A stretch of 27,642 nt of DNA from a virus. Taxonomy: Duplodnaviria; Caudoviricetes. The notes under the pieces were generated by a model, which ran no database searches, had not been told where the DNA came from, and was given only the letters and a program-made list of their open reading frames with translations. Shown piece after piece: positions 1 through 8,142 of the stretch. The stretch lies in IMG/VR virus record IMGVR_UViG_3300030372_002992, positions 1-27,642 of that record. The stretch is one strand, 5' to 3'. Position 1 is the first letter of the stretch; each line of letters starts with the position of its first letter. The position numbers and the translations under genes were made by a program.

Positions 1-110
1 TTGCTGCCACCTTATCTGCTACTGCACTCTTTAAATACCTAGTCACTTTAATGAAGCCAGTATTTAAACAAGCATGGAGCAAGATAACCAAAAAAAAAGT
101 GAGTTCATAA
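1..110 (+). CDS. 3' end of a hypothetical membrane protein (partial)
   Basis: Open frame from position 3 reads AATLSATALFKYLVTLMKPVFKQAWSKITKKKVSS* with TAA at 108-110; hydrophobic segment then basic tail. Confidence 0.55.
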   Translation, partial: AATLSATALFKYLVTLMKPVFKQAWSKITKKKVSS

Positions 111-253
111 AATTCGTTGTCCTTGTTTGGTCTGCTGGTCTCCTGACTGCAAGCTATGCGGGATGGATGGAGAAGATGGATCCTACTTATGTCGCTTCAA
201 TTCTTAGCGGCACCTTGGCAACCTTTTCAATTACAAGAGAAAAGAACAAATGA
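74..253 (+). CDS. Small two-TM membrane protein (59 aa), holin-like candidate
   Basis: Not in ORF track. MEQDNQKKSEFIKFVVLVWSAGLLTASYAGWMEKMDPTYVASILSGTLATFSITREKNK*; two hydrophobic segments; stop overlaps the next ATG (ATGA). Confidence 0.6.
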   Translation: MEQDNQKKSEFIKFVVLVWSAGLLTASYAGWMEKMDPTYVASILSGTLATFSITREKNK

Positions 254-600
254 AAAGACTTCTAGTCTTGTTACTGATTTCTGCACCTGTTTCAGCACAG
301 TCAGTTACACCTAACTTTACTCAAGGTAGTATGAACTCTACTACCACTACAACCATTGATATCGACCGTACAATTGAAACAGAAGTGTACGGAGGAGCTT
401 ATAAATCATGGTCTGGAACCAACATTACACCCAGTGGTTCAATAGACGATTCAAACACTACATTCTCACTTACTACAGCAGGCGACGACTTTCAGCTGGA
501 AATTGTAGAAAGAGCAGCGGGGATCATCGAAACAATCGACATCACCGAAACTATCGAGTCAACCTCTACCACTACTTCCTTGTCAGTGTTCTCTCAGTAA
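250..600 (+). CDS. Hypothetical exported protein, Thr/Ser-rich
   Basis: Signal-peptide-like N-terminus MKRLLVLLLISAPVSAQ; translationally coupled to the upstream ORF. Confidence 0.7.
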   Translation: MKRLLVLLLISAPVSAQSVTPNFTQGSMNSTTTTTIDIDRTIETEVYGGAYKSWSGTNITPSGSIDDSNTTFSLTTAGDDFQLEIVERAAGIIETIDITETIESTSTTTSLSVFSQ

Positions 601-1058
601 CACCTGCGTTAGCTAATGAACCAACAGTCTCCAACAGTGCAAACCCTGTAGCTGCTGCTACTGGCAACGTCACTAACCAGGCTGTTCAATTCCAAAACAA
701 CGGTGCTCCTAGCAGACAATACTTTGTCAATGGGAACTCTTGTAATGGCACGACCATGACATTCCAACCCTTTTATTTGGGTGGTGATGTCCATACTGAT
801 ACCTATCAACGCACTGGTAACTTTGGCGTTCAGATCGGTCTTTCAGTGCCCCTTGATGGCGGAATGGTTGAAACGTGTAAGCAGATAGCAAGACGACATG
901 AACAAAAGATGCGTCTTGACTACGAGCTTGTTCGCGCATTGAAGTGCACAGAAATAATGAAAAGCGGCTTTACGTTTCGTCCTGGCAGCCGAGTATCGGT
1001 TTTATGCCAAGACATCGTGCCAATTGTACTAATCGACAAAAGGGATCTCAACTGGTAA
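408..1058 (+). CDS. Hypothetical exported protein (true start probably ~550-570)
   Basis: Signal-like segment YFLVSVLSVTPALA followed by a Cys-containing domain; stop overlaps the next ATG (TAATG). Start uncertain. Confidence 0.65.
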   Translation: MVWNQHYTQWFNRRFKHYILTYYSRRRLSAGNCRKSSGDHRNNRHHRNYRVNLYHYFLVSVLSVTPALANEPTVSNSANPVAAATGNVTNQAVQFQNNGAPSRQYFVNGNSCNGTTMTFQPFYLGGDVHTDTYQRTGNFGVQIGLSVPLDGGMVETCKQIARRHEQKMRLDYELVRALKCTEIMKSGFTFRPGSRVSVLCQDIVPIVLIDKRDLNW

Positions 1059-1312
1059 TGCTAGAAGCAACAGTAACTGCTGTCATTGCTTGTATTGCAG
1101 GCGGGGCAGCACTTAATAACAGACTACACAACAGAATAGGAAATGTACATGACCGCATCAGCGGTCTTGACCGTCGTATTGACACTTTAGAGCTGACAGT
1201 AGCTCAAGAATACGTATCTAAAACTGATCTTGCCACCTTGGTATCCAGGATGGAAGACCACATGATCCGTATTGAAAACAAACTAGACCAAATCGTACTT
1301 AGAAATAGCTAA
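1058..1312 (+). CDS. Membrane-anchored coiled-coil protein
   Basis: ATG 1058 overlaps the upstream stop; N-terminal hydrophobic helix then heptad pattern (ISGLDRRIDTLEL...IENKLDQI). Confidence 0.7.
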   Translation: MLEATVTAVIACIAGGAALNNRLHNRIGNVHDRISGLDRRIDTLELTVAQEYVSKTDLATLVSRMEDHMIRIENKLDQIVLRNS

Positions 1313-1491
1313 TGTCCTACCAACTTGTTGACAACATTCGTGGCAAAGTGATGCAAGAGTTTCCTACCAAGGAACTTGCTGAAAAGGCACTTGAACGTCA
1401 ATCGACTGAAGCCAACGTATCTATCGTAGAGCCACCTAAAAAGTCCACTAAGAAAAAGAAGGTTGCTGATGTCCAAGAAGAAGGCAACTGA
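1312..1491 (+). CDS. Hypothetical protein (59 aa)
   Basis: Not in track. MSYQLVDNIRGKVMQEFPTKELAEKALERQ...VQEEGN*; TAATG coupling; fills the gap before the small terminase. Confidence 0.6.
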   Translation: MSYQLVDNIRGKVMQEFPTKELAEKALERQSTEANVSIVEPPKKSTKKKKVADVQEEGN

Positions 1492-1714
1492 AGACCAGTT
1501 TAACGAACTCCATAATTTAGTTACTAAAGAGTTTCTTGCTCGAATTAAATCTGGTGAAGCTACAACACAAGATCTAAAAGCAGCGTGTGATTGGCTGAAG
1601 ACCAATGACATCAGTGGTGTCGCTTATGACGGCAATCCGTTGTCCAAGTTAGCCAGCGTTATGCCAGAGATCGATCCTGAACTTGTACAAACGAGACTTT
1701 ATGGCAAGCGGTAA
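1469..1714 (+). CDS. Terminase small subunit (T7 gp18-like)
   Basis: KATEDQFNELH...IKSGEATTQDLKAACDWLKTNDI resembles T7-like DNA maturase A; lies upstream of the large terminase. Confidence 0.8.
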   Translation: MSKKKATEDQFNELHNLVTKEFLARIKSGEATTQDLKAACDWLKTNDISGVAYDGNPLSKLASVMPEIDPELVQTRLYGKR

Positions 1715-1964
1715 AACATCTCAGTATTACAAGAAAAACCCTGCTGCACGTAAGCGTCGTCTTAAGCAGCAGGCCAAATATAACAAGTCTAAGAAGGGAC
1801 TAAAGATACGTACAGCAGCCAACAAGTGCAATCGCAAGATGGGTACTTACGGTAATAGAGACGGTAAAGACTCAAGTCATACCGGACCTAATACTTGTAA
1901 AAAAGAATCCATGAAGATTAACCGGACTCGTCCGCGCAAAGGCAAAAAGTACGCATCTAAATGA
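1701..1964 (+). CDS. Small basic hypothetical protein
   Basis: K/R-rich with a GNRDGKDSSH motif; coupled to its neighbours. Confidence 0.65.
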   Translation: MASGKTSQYYKKNPAARKRRLKQQAKYNKSKKGLKIRTAANKCNRKMGTYGNRDGKDSSHTGPNTCKKESMKINRTRPRKGKKYASK

Positions 1965-2326
1965 CCCCTCTACTTCCAACTCCTGATCATTACCTTAACA
2001 ACCTAATAACCATGACATCCTCTGAAGCAAAGCGTCTTTGGAGGCGCAGCATTAAAGAGCATTTTGGCTGTACATGTGTTTATTGCGGAGCAACCTATGA
2101 ATTACACGAACTTACTTTGGATCACGTTCATCCTCGCACCTTTGGCGGTGAGGATATTACCAGCAATCTGGTATGCGCTTGTACTCAATGTAATCAGGAC
2201 AAAGGAAGTACACATTGGCGTTCTTGGATGAGAGGACGTTTTGGATTAAACCTTCTACGTGAAGGACTTATAAATCAACATATTAATACTGATGGCCCCA
2301 AGAATTACATCTGCGCGGGAACGTAA
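1961..2326 (+). CDS. HNH endonuclease
   Basis: CVYCG...TLDHVHP..FGG.....NLVCACTQCNQDKG: HNH motif with two CxxC pairs. Confidence 0.9.
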   Translation: MTPLLPTPDHYLNNLITMTSSEAKRLWRRSIKEHFGCTCVYCGATYELHELTLDHVHPRTFGGEDITSNLVCACTQCNQDKGSTHWRSWMRGRFGLNLLREGLINQHINTDGPKNYICAGT

Positions 2327-3101
2327 TAAGCGTTCTGCGTCTAAACGACCGACATCTTCAGCATCAAGAGCATCAAGATCAAGAGCTTCAAGCAATTCAA
2401 GTAACGTTACTAGCGACAGACTTAGAAAAGAACTTGAAGGAGTAAAGCGTCGTAATAACACCACCTCTGCACGTAATCGCGCTGCTCGTTCTAGAACTTC
2501 TACTGCGTCTACAACACAAGGTAGAGGTGTTACTCGTACTACAGGTAATGCTAGAGGAACACAAGGTCCAGCACGTGCGTCTGTACAAGGACCACGCACA
2601 CCTTCCGTACAAGGACCTTCCCGTGCAACTGGTGGTGGTTTGTTAGGCAGTCGCCAACCGCCAACAAAAACCCCTAGCCAACCTCCACGTGTAAAAGGTA
2701 CACCGGGTGTTGCTGGAGGTTCGGGATCCCTGCAAGTCAGAAACGCAATTCAAAATACTGGTAGAGGTATTAGTGTTGCCAGAGCTTTAACTTCTGGAAA
2801 TCCGTACTCTGCAACTGGACTAGCAATTGCTCATGACATCATGAATCGTGGTGTTAATCCTGGAACCTTGGAAGGCAGAACACCTGCTGAAATGGGTACA
2901 CAGCAACAAGGACCACCTGCTCCTAAAGCTAAAACTAAATCTAAACCTGCTTTTAAAGCACCTACTAAAAAACCTGCAAAAAATACAGCAGTACTATCTA
3001 AAAAAGGTGGTAAAACTGGTTCTTCAGTTAACGGACTGTTTATTGCTCATCCTTGGTCTGCTGAGCAACGCATGCGTTATGCAGCTAGAGGCGGTAAGTA
3101 A
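2292..3101 (+). CDS. Low-complexity basic (R/S/T/P/K-rich) hypothetical protein
   Basis: 269-aa ORF filling the HNH-terminase gap; repeated QGP units; probably disordered. Confidence 0.7.
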   Translation: MAPRITSARERNKRSASKRPTSSASRASRSRASSNSSNVTSDRLRKELEGVKRRNNTTSARNRAARSRTSTASTTQGRGVTRTTGNARGTQGPARASVQGPRTPSVQGPSRATGGGLLGSRQPPTKTPSQPPRVKGTPGVAGGSGSLQVRNAIQNTGRGISVARALTSGNPYSATGLAIAHDIMNRGVNPGTLEGRTPAEMGTQQQGPPAPKAKTKSKPAFKAPTKKPAKNTAVLSKKGGKTGSSVNGLFIAHPWSAEQRMRYAARGGK

Positions 3102-3104
3102 TAC

Positions 3105-4832
3105 GTGGATACCCTCGATCTACTGAGGGGTGATTTCAAGCTGTTCCTGCAAGCACTGTGGCAGCAGCTTGACCTTCCTTCGCCCACACGCGCACAGTAC
3201 GCAATTGCAGACTATCTACAACACGGTCCTAAGCGTCTACAGATTCAAGCCTTCCGAGGAGTCGGCAAAAGCTGGATTACAGGTGCCTTCGTGTTGTGGA
3301 CACTATTTAAAGATTCAGAACGGAAAATTATGATTATCTCTGCGTCTAAAGAACGTGCAGATAACATGTCTATCTTCCTACAAAAACTAATTATCGAGAC
3401 ACCTTGGCTGTCTCACCTACAACCTAAATCAGATGATAGTCGCTGGAGTCGTATTAGCTTTGATGTTAATTGTAGTCCTCACCAGGCCCCCTCAGTCAAA
3501 TCAGTAGGCATCACGGGCCAATTGACTGGATCGAGGGCAGATTTACTCGTACTTGACGATATTGAAGTTCCTGGCAACAGTCTCACTGAGATGATGAGGG
3601 AGAAACTTCTACAACTTTGTACAGAAGCTGAATCCATCTTGACACCTAAAGATGACAGTCGAATTATGTACCTCGGTACTCCTCAGACGGTCTTTACGGT
3701 CTACAGGAAGCTCGCAGAACGTAACTACAGACCCTTTGTATGGCCAGCTAGGTATCCACGTAAACTCGCTAACTACGAAGGTCTTATAGCTCCTCAACTA
3801 CAAGAAGATATTGACCAAGGCGCAGATAAATGGCAAGTAACTGACCCGGACAGATTTAATGAAGAAGATCTTATTGAGCGTGAAGCGGCAATGGGCCGAT
3901 CTAACTTCATGCTCCAATTCATGCTCGATACGTCCCTCAGTGACGCCGAGAAGTTCCCACTTAAGATGGCTGACCTTATTGTCACCTCTGTTAATCCTAA
4001 GTCCGCTCCAGATAACATCGTCTGGTGCTCAGACCCACGAAACGTCATCAAAGAATTACCGACTGTCGGACTACCTGGAGATTATTTCTACAGTCCAATG
4101 CAGCTCAGCGGAGACTGGGATCCCTACCAAGAAACAATCTGCTCAGTTGATCCGTCGGGTCGTGGCACAGATGAAACAGCAGCAGCTTATATCTCGCAGC
4201 GAAATGGTTTTCTGTACTTGCATGAAATGCGAGCTTACAGAGATGGGTACTCTGACCAAACGCTTTTGGACATTCTGAAAGGCTGCGGCAAATACGGAGT
4301 AACCAAACTAGTCATAGAAACTAACTTCGGTGACGGTATCGTCTCTGAACTATTTAAAAAACATCTCATTCAAACTAAACAAGGTATTGATGTCGAAGAA
4401 GTCCGCGCCAACGTCAGAAAAGAAGATCGTATTATCGATGCTCTGGAACCCATTCTCAACCAGCATCGTCTTGTTGTGGATCGCTCTGTTATTGATTGGG
4501 ACTACAACTCCAACAAAGACGCTCCCCCTGAACAACGGATCCTCTACATGCTCTTCTATCAGATGAGTCGTATGTGCCGTGAAAAAGGTGCAGTTAAACA
4601 TGACGACAGAATTGACTGCTTAGCTCAAGGTGTTAAATACTTCACCGACTGTATGTCTATCTCTGCCCAACAAGTCATCGCTCAACGACGACTAGATGAC
4701 TGGAATGACATGCTAAAAGAATCAATCGAACACCCTCAAGAATCAGCAAATCACCTCGTTTTTGGTATGGATAAAGACCAAAGACAAGCTGCTAGAGGAA
4801 TCTCCCAAAACGGTGTCTATACCTGGGTGTAG
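3105..4832 (+). CDS. terL: Terminase large subunit (T7 gp19-like)
   Basis: Walker A-like AFRGVGKS, Walker B LLVLDDIE, YLGTPQ, nuclease DPSGRGTDE and HDDRIDCLA. Confidence 0.97.
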   Translation: MDTLDLLRGDFKLFLQALWQQLDLPSPTRAQYAIADYLQHGPKRLQIQAFRGVGKSWITGAFVLWTLFKDSERKIMIISASKERADNMSIFLQKLIIETPWLSHLQPKSDDSRWSRISFDVNCSPHQAPSVKSVGITGQLTGSRADLLVLDDIEVPGNSLTEMMREKLLQLCTEAESILTPKDDSRIMYLGTPQTVFTVYRKLAERNYRPFVWPARYPRKLANYEGLIAPQLQEDIDQGADKWQVTDPDRFNEEDLIEREAAMGRSNFMLQFMLDTSLSDAEKFPLKMADLIVTSVNPKSAPDNIVWCSDPRNVIKELPTVGLPGDYFYSPMQLSGDWDPYQETICSVDPSGRGTDETAAAYISQRNGFLYLHEMRAYRDGYSDQTLLDILKGCGKYGVTKLVIETNFGDGIVSELFKKHLIQTKQGIDVEEVRANVRKEDRIIDALEPILNQHRLVVDRSVIDWDYNSNKDAPPEQRILYMLFYQMSRMCREKGAVKHDDRIDCLAQGVKYFTDCMSISAQQVIAQRRLDDWNDMLKESIEHPQESANHLVFGMDKDQRQAARGISQNGVYTWV

Positions 4833-5134
4833 TCGCATTGCAAATGCACTGCAACCACTGGGTTTAAAGCGGTAGGCAGTGTATACAGGGGGAAGAGAGG
4901 GTGGACTCGACCTCCTGTACTTGGGGAAGACACAATCTTCCCCTTTAGTAATGACCCCGGTAAGGTCATTCCGTAAGTACCGCCATCTGCGTTAAACCCA
5001 ACTGACACAAACTTGGGAGTGAGCGCAACAGCGCGAACGTAACTACTGGTTGATAACGAATCCTGCAAACACTGAACGTTTGTATATATACAGTTATCAA
5101 CAGACAGACCCTTTACATATACATATACATACAC

Positions 5135-5365
5135 ATGAAAAGAATACCTTTCCCCCACAATGATAAAGACTTCATTGTTGAGTATCACAAAACACGTGAA
5201 GGTCCTAATGGATTTATGTGCTACTACAAGAATGCAGCTACGTACAGATTAAATCCCTTAGATGCTTGGCGTACCTTGGGTATTGCTAAAAATACTGATA
5301 CCGGTAAAGCTCTTAAACAATGGTGTATTGATATGGACTCTGAACATAATGCTGACACTCTATAA
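5135..5365 (+). CDS. Hypothetical protein
   Basis: 76-aa ATG ORF on the coding strand, overlapping the next ORF. Confidence 0.6.
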   Translation: MKRIPFPHNDKDFIVEYHKTREGPNGFMCYYKNAATYRLNPLDAWRTLGIAKNTDTGKALKQWCIDMDSEHNADTL

Positions 5366-5546
5366 CTATGTCACTGCTTTTTACTCTGTTGTTATTGTTT
5401 CTTGCGTTCAACCTGCTAACTGGGCGTCATGTGTAGCAGTGTGGGACTGGGTTCCTCCTTATATTGAGGATTTTAAGGTTTTTGTTAGTGAGAAACCGTA
5501 CGAATGGGAGTCAAAGTACCTCTTAAATTTTGACAAAAATCTCTGA
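5349..5546 (+). CDS. Hypothetical membrane protein
   Basis: MLTLYNYVTAFYSVVIVSCVQPANWASC...; ATG 5349 preferred over the track start; last gene before the non-coding junction. Confidence 0.55.
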   Translation: MLTLYNYVTAFYSVVIVSCVQPANWASCVAVWDWVPPYIEDFKVFVSEKPYEWESKYLLNFDKNL

Positions 5547-5820
5547 AGGGGTTTAGCGCGGGTGGACGGCCGCTCAACACCCCCTGGCCCCCCTTTTTTA
5601 CCGCGCTAGATTGAGATACTGGCGTAAATTACAAGGGTTTAAGCCTTTTTTCGCTGCAATCTGCCGCGCAAAGTAATTAGTATCTCTGTATCACTCTCTC
5701 GCGATCTGTTGCGACCTCGGTATCAAATGTTTCACAGTCATCACGCTGTATCATAATTGGTTGCACATTGTATAGCTTTACCGTTGCGCGATCATTGCGT
5801 GTCAGTAAGATAAGCACAGC
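5547..5820. other. Probable genome end/terminal-repeat junction (circularly permuted assembly or concatemer)
   Basis: Long non-coding stretch between T7-type right-end genes and left-end early genes; G/C runs and an inverted pair TAGCGCGG (5554-5561)/CCGCGCTA (5601-5608). Exact ends cannot be seen. Confidence 0.55.
5784..5811 (+). promoter_or_regulatory. Putative host sigma70-type early promoter
   Basis: TTGCGC-16 nt-TAAGAT immediately upstream of a structured element and the early genes. Confidence 0.35.
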
Positions 5821-5910
5821 AACCGGCCCAGATAGTCCGCTCTGCTAGTCAGGTCTTACCTGATACGGTGCCAAGCTTACCAGCTTGGAATTGGCCGGTT
5901 CTCTTTTTTC
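5821..5910 (+). ncRNA. Candidate multibranch structured RNA or leader
   Basis: Closing stem AACCGGCC/GGCCGGTT enclosing CAGA/TCTG, TCAGGT/ACCTGA and CCAAGCT/AGCTTGG hairpins, followed by a T-tract. Confidence 0.45.
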
Positions 5911-5956
5911 ACTAACCTTTGCACTTAGCATGGGATCACACAAAGGAAAGGATCTT

Positions 5957-6109
5957 ATGGCCTACAGAGTTCAAGTACTGCACAACGGTAAATGGCAGTT
6001 CATCACCTATCCCAACGCTACTAGTTGGGAGATTGCTGTTGAACAGTTTACCTTTTATATGGAGACCTGGACCAACAAAGACTACAGAATCAAGGAGGTC
6101 AAAAAATGA
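5957..6109 (+). CDS. Small early hypothetical protein
   Basis: MAYRVQVLHNGKWQF...; AGGA-rich RBS upstream; stop overlaps the next ATG. Confidence 0.6.
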   Translation: MAYRVQVLHNGKWQFITYPNATSWEIAVEQFTFYMETWTNKDYRIKEVKK

Positions 6110-6858
6110 CTGACCTTCTCAAATTCTCACAAGGCAATGCAAAACTAAAATCAAGACTGATTCTTAGCCTGCCTGCCGGTAAAACATGCCCAGGCGCAGT
6201 GTTTTGTAAAGCGTTCGCGGTTGTTGATAACAACGGCAAGCGATCAATTCAAGACGGCAAAGACACAATCTTTCGTTGTTTTGCTGCATCTAGTGAGGTG
6301 CAATACGATGCTGTCTACAACTCAAGAGCACACAATCTCGAGCTGATCATGCAATGCATCACAGGACATGTGATCGGATCACAATCACCACACTCATTAA
6401 CTGAGTTAATCAACAACAGTTTGCAGCATTACAGAAAGAAGAACCACAAGCTAGTAAGAATTCATGAGTCTGGCGACTTCTTCAGTCCTGGTTATCTCAA
6501 GGCTTGGATTGAAGTTGCAAACATGAATCCAGATCTCAAGTTTTATTGCTATTCAAAGTCCTTGGATTTATTCATGGATGTTGCACTTCCTAGTAATTTC
6601 TTTCTTACTGCTAGTTATGGTGGCAAGTTCGATCACTTGATTGATGCTGGTCATTTCCCTAGGTATGCAAAAGTATTCGCTAACGAGCAAGAAGCGATTG
6701 ACGCTGGTTTAAGTGTTGATCATGATGATTCACACTGCTTCGCTGATGGTCCGTTTGCTTTATTAGTTCATGGCACTCAACCGAAAGGCTCTGCTATGGG
6801 CAAGGCAATACGCGAACGCCGCAAGGCAAATCAATTCAGCGGATACTCCAAACGCTAA
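6106..6858 (+). CDS. Gp88-family protein (radical-SAM-like fold)
   Basis: GNAKL...LPAGKTCPGA..C...CFA...RIHESGDFF....W...A...PD..FY.YSK pattern recalled for the phage gene product 88 family; GGAGG RBS. Confidence 0.7.
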   Translation: MTDLLKFSQGNAKLKSRLILSLPAGKTCPGAVFCKAFAVVDNNGKRSIQDGKDTIFRCFAASSEVQYDAVYNSRAHNLELIMQCITGHVIGSQSPHSLTELINNSLQHYRKKNHKLVRIHESGDFFSPGYLKAWIEVANMNPDLKFYCYSKSLDLFMDVALPSNFFLTASYGGKFDHLIDAGHFPRYAKVFANEQEAIDAGLSVDHDDSHCFADGPFALLVHGTQPKGSAMGKAIRERRKANQFSGYSKR

Positions 6859-6897
6859 TCTTTCCGCTTCAGTAGTCTTTCCACTCTTTTTTTTATC

Positions 6898-7194
6898 ATG
6901 ACTGCATCAACTTCCGACATCATTGATTTACTCTTTGATGACTTCATTGTTCCACTGCCACAAACTCCTAAAAAAGGTTTCGATCTCTCCGCTTACAACG
7001 AGATGATGAGACTTTGCATTAATGAGCTTGGCTTTACTTACAAGCAGTTGTTTGGATTGAAGTATTGGGAATTAAATAACCTGTATTTCAATGACTGTTC
7101 GGTTGTTCTTTATAAGATCACCGGCAAAAAGCGCCACTGGTTGAGAATGAAGCTCGAAGATTTCTTGACATTCATCGACCCAAATAAGGGTTAA
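6898..7194 (+). CDS. Hypothetical early protein
   Basis: 98-aa ATG ORF followed by a terminator. Confidence 0.6.
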   Translation: MTASTSDIIDLLFDDFIVPLPQTPKKGFDLSAYNEMMRLCINELGFTYKQLFGLKYWELNNLYFNDCSVVLYKITGKKRHWLRMKLEDFLTFIDPNKG

Positions 7195-7200
7195 ATTAAA

Positions 7201-7232
7201 CCGGGTTAGCATCAGCTAGCCCGGATTTTTTT
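7201..7232 (+). terminator. Rho-independent terminator
   Basis: CCGGGTTAGC-ATCA-GCTAGCCCGG then ATTTTTTT. Confidence 0.8.
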
Positions 7233-7275
7233 GAGTTCACAATCACTCACACTCACGGACGCACGGCCGCACACC

Positions 7276-7425
7276 ATGACTACTGAATCAAACAGACAGT
7301 TTGTCAACTTCTTGTTCGACAAACTATTGGCAACAGTTGACACTGACTTGATCGATACTCTCGATGAAGACGGTGTTGACAATGACTGGGAATGGCGACA
7401 GCTAGTTCTTGAATGGGAGTCTTAA
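7276..7425 (+). CDS. Small acidic hypothetical protein
   Basis: MTTESNRQFVNFLFDKLL...DTDLIDTLDEDGVDNDWEW; TAATG coupling to the next gene. Confidence 0.6.
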   Translation: MTTESNRQFVNFLFDKLLATVDTDLIDTLDEDGVDNDWEWRQLVLEWES

Positions 7426-7604
7426 TGGAACTTACTAACAAATACACCGGTGGCAAACTAAGCATCAAGGGACACATCTACGGTCAGCCGGATGTTGAAT
7501 ACATTCTAGAAGCTAATACCAATAAATACCCTCCAACACAAATCGCACGATCTTTTAACCGTGCAGAGATTGAAGCATTAAAGAGTGAACTGGAAGCAAA
7601 GTAA
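7425..7604 (+). CDS. Hypothetical early protein
   Basis: ATG 7425 overlaps the upstream TAA. Confidence 0.55.
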   Translation: MELTNKYTGGKLSIKGHIYGQPDVEYILEANTNKYPPTQIARSFNRAEIEALKSELEAK

Positions 7605-7746
7605 TCAAGGCCGCAGAACCACATGCGGGATATAAATCTGATCATGGTCACCGTCATGTACACATCTATGGACATGCGGCGTTACTCGGCACCGTAACTA
7701 TTGCTTAAAGCAGTGTCAGCGCGTGAGCGGCTGCATTAGTTACACC

Positions 7747-7792
7747 GGACGCACAGGTTTGTTTAACAGGGGTTCGATTCCCTTGGCGTCCA
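7747..7792 (+). ncRNA. tRNA-like minihelix (acceptor stem + T-arm, no D or anticodon arm)
   Basis: GGACGC/GCGTCC stem stacked on CAGGGG-TTCGATT-CCCTTG, then an unpaired A. Confidence 0.5.
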
Positions 7793-7824
7793 TTGCCATG
7801 CACTGAGCGTGGCTCAACATCAAC

Positions 7825-8142
7825 ATGTCTATTCGTCAATCCACTTCACATGATTTCTATCTGGATGTCATGAACGTCATGTATTTCGAGCACGACAGTT
7901 CTATCTACATCGATGATGCTGATGACAACTCGTTGCAAATTCATGGTGTCAGTCATGCTGATTGCATTCAAATGATTCGCAACATCCTTTGTTGCAGAGA
8001 TGCACTCGACATCAATTCATTGCCAGAACACGCTAAAAACAACTTGTTTGAGGTTTACGCAACCATTAACAGTGCACGTGAACGTGGTGAACTAGGCGCA
8101 GCTGGAACTTCACTTAAATCTAGAGTTATTACTGAGGATTGA
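7825..8142 (+). CDS. Hypothetical early protein
   Basis: 105-aa ORF; TGATG coupling to the next ORF. Confidence 0.65.
   Translation: MSIRQSTSHDFYLDVMNVMYFEHDSSIYIDDADDNSLQIHGVSHADCIQMIRNILCCRDALDINSLPEHAKNNLFEVYATINSARERGELGAAGTSLKSRVITED

Noticed and set aside
5115-5136. CATATA tandem repeat as a CRISPR or iteron array
   Set aside because: Only about three short units with no spacers; no CRISPR array is visible anywhere in the window.
5547-5950. Prophage boundary with host DNA
   Set aside because: Both sides are phage genes in the order expected across joined genome ends, and the attP-like site elsewhere is intact.
7720-7800. Functional tRNA gene around GGTTCGATTCC
   Set aside because: No D-arm or anticodon arm can be built; kept only as a tRNA-like minihelix.
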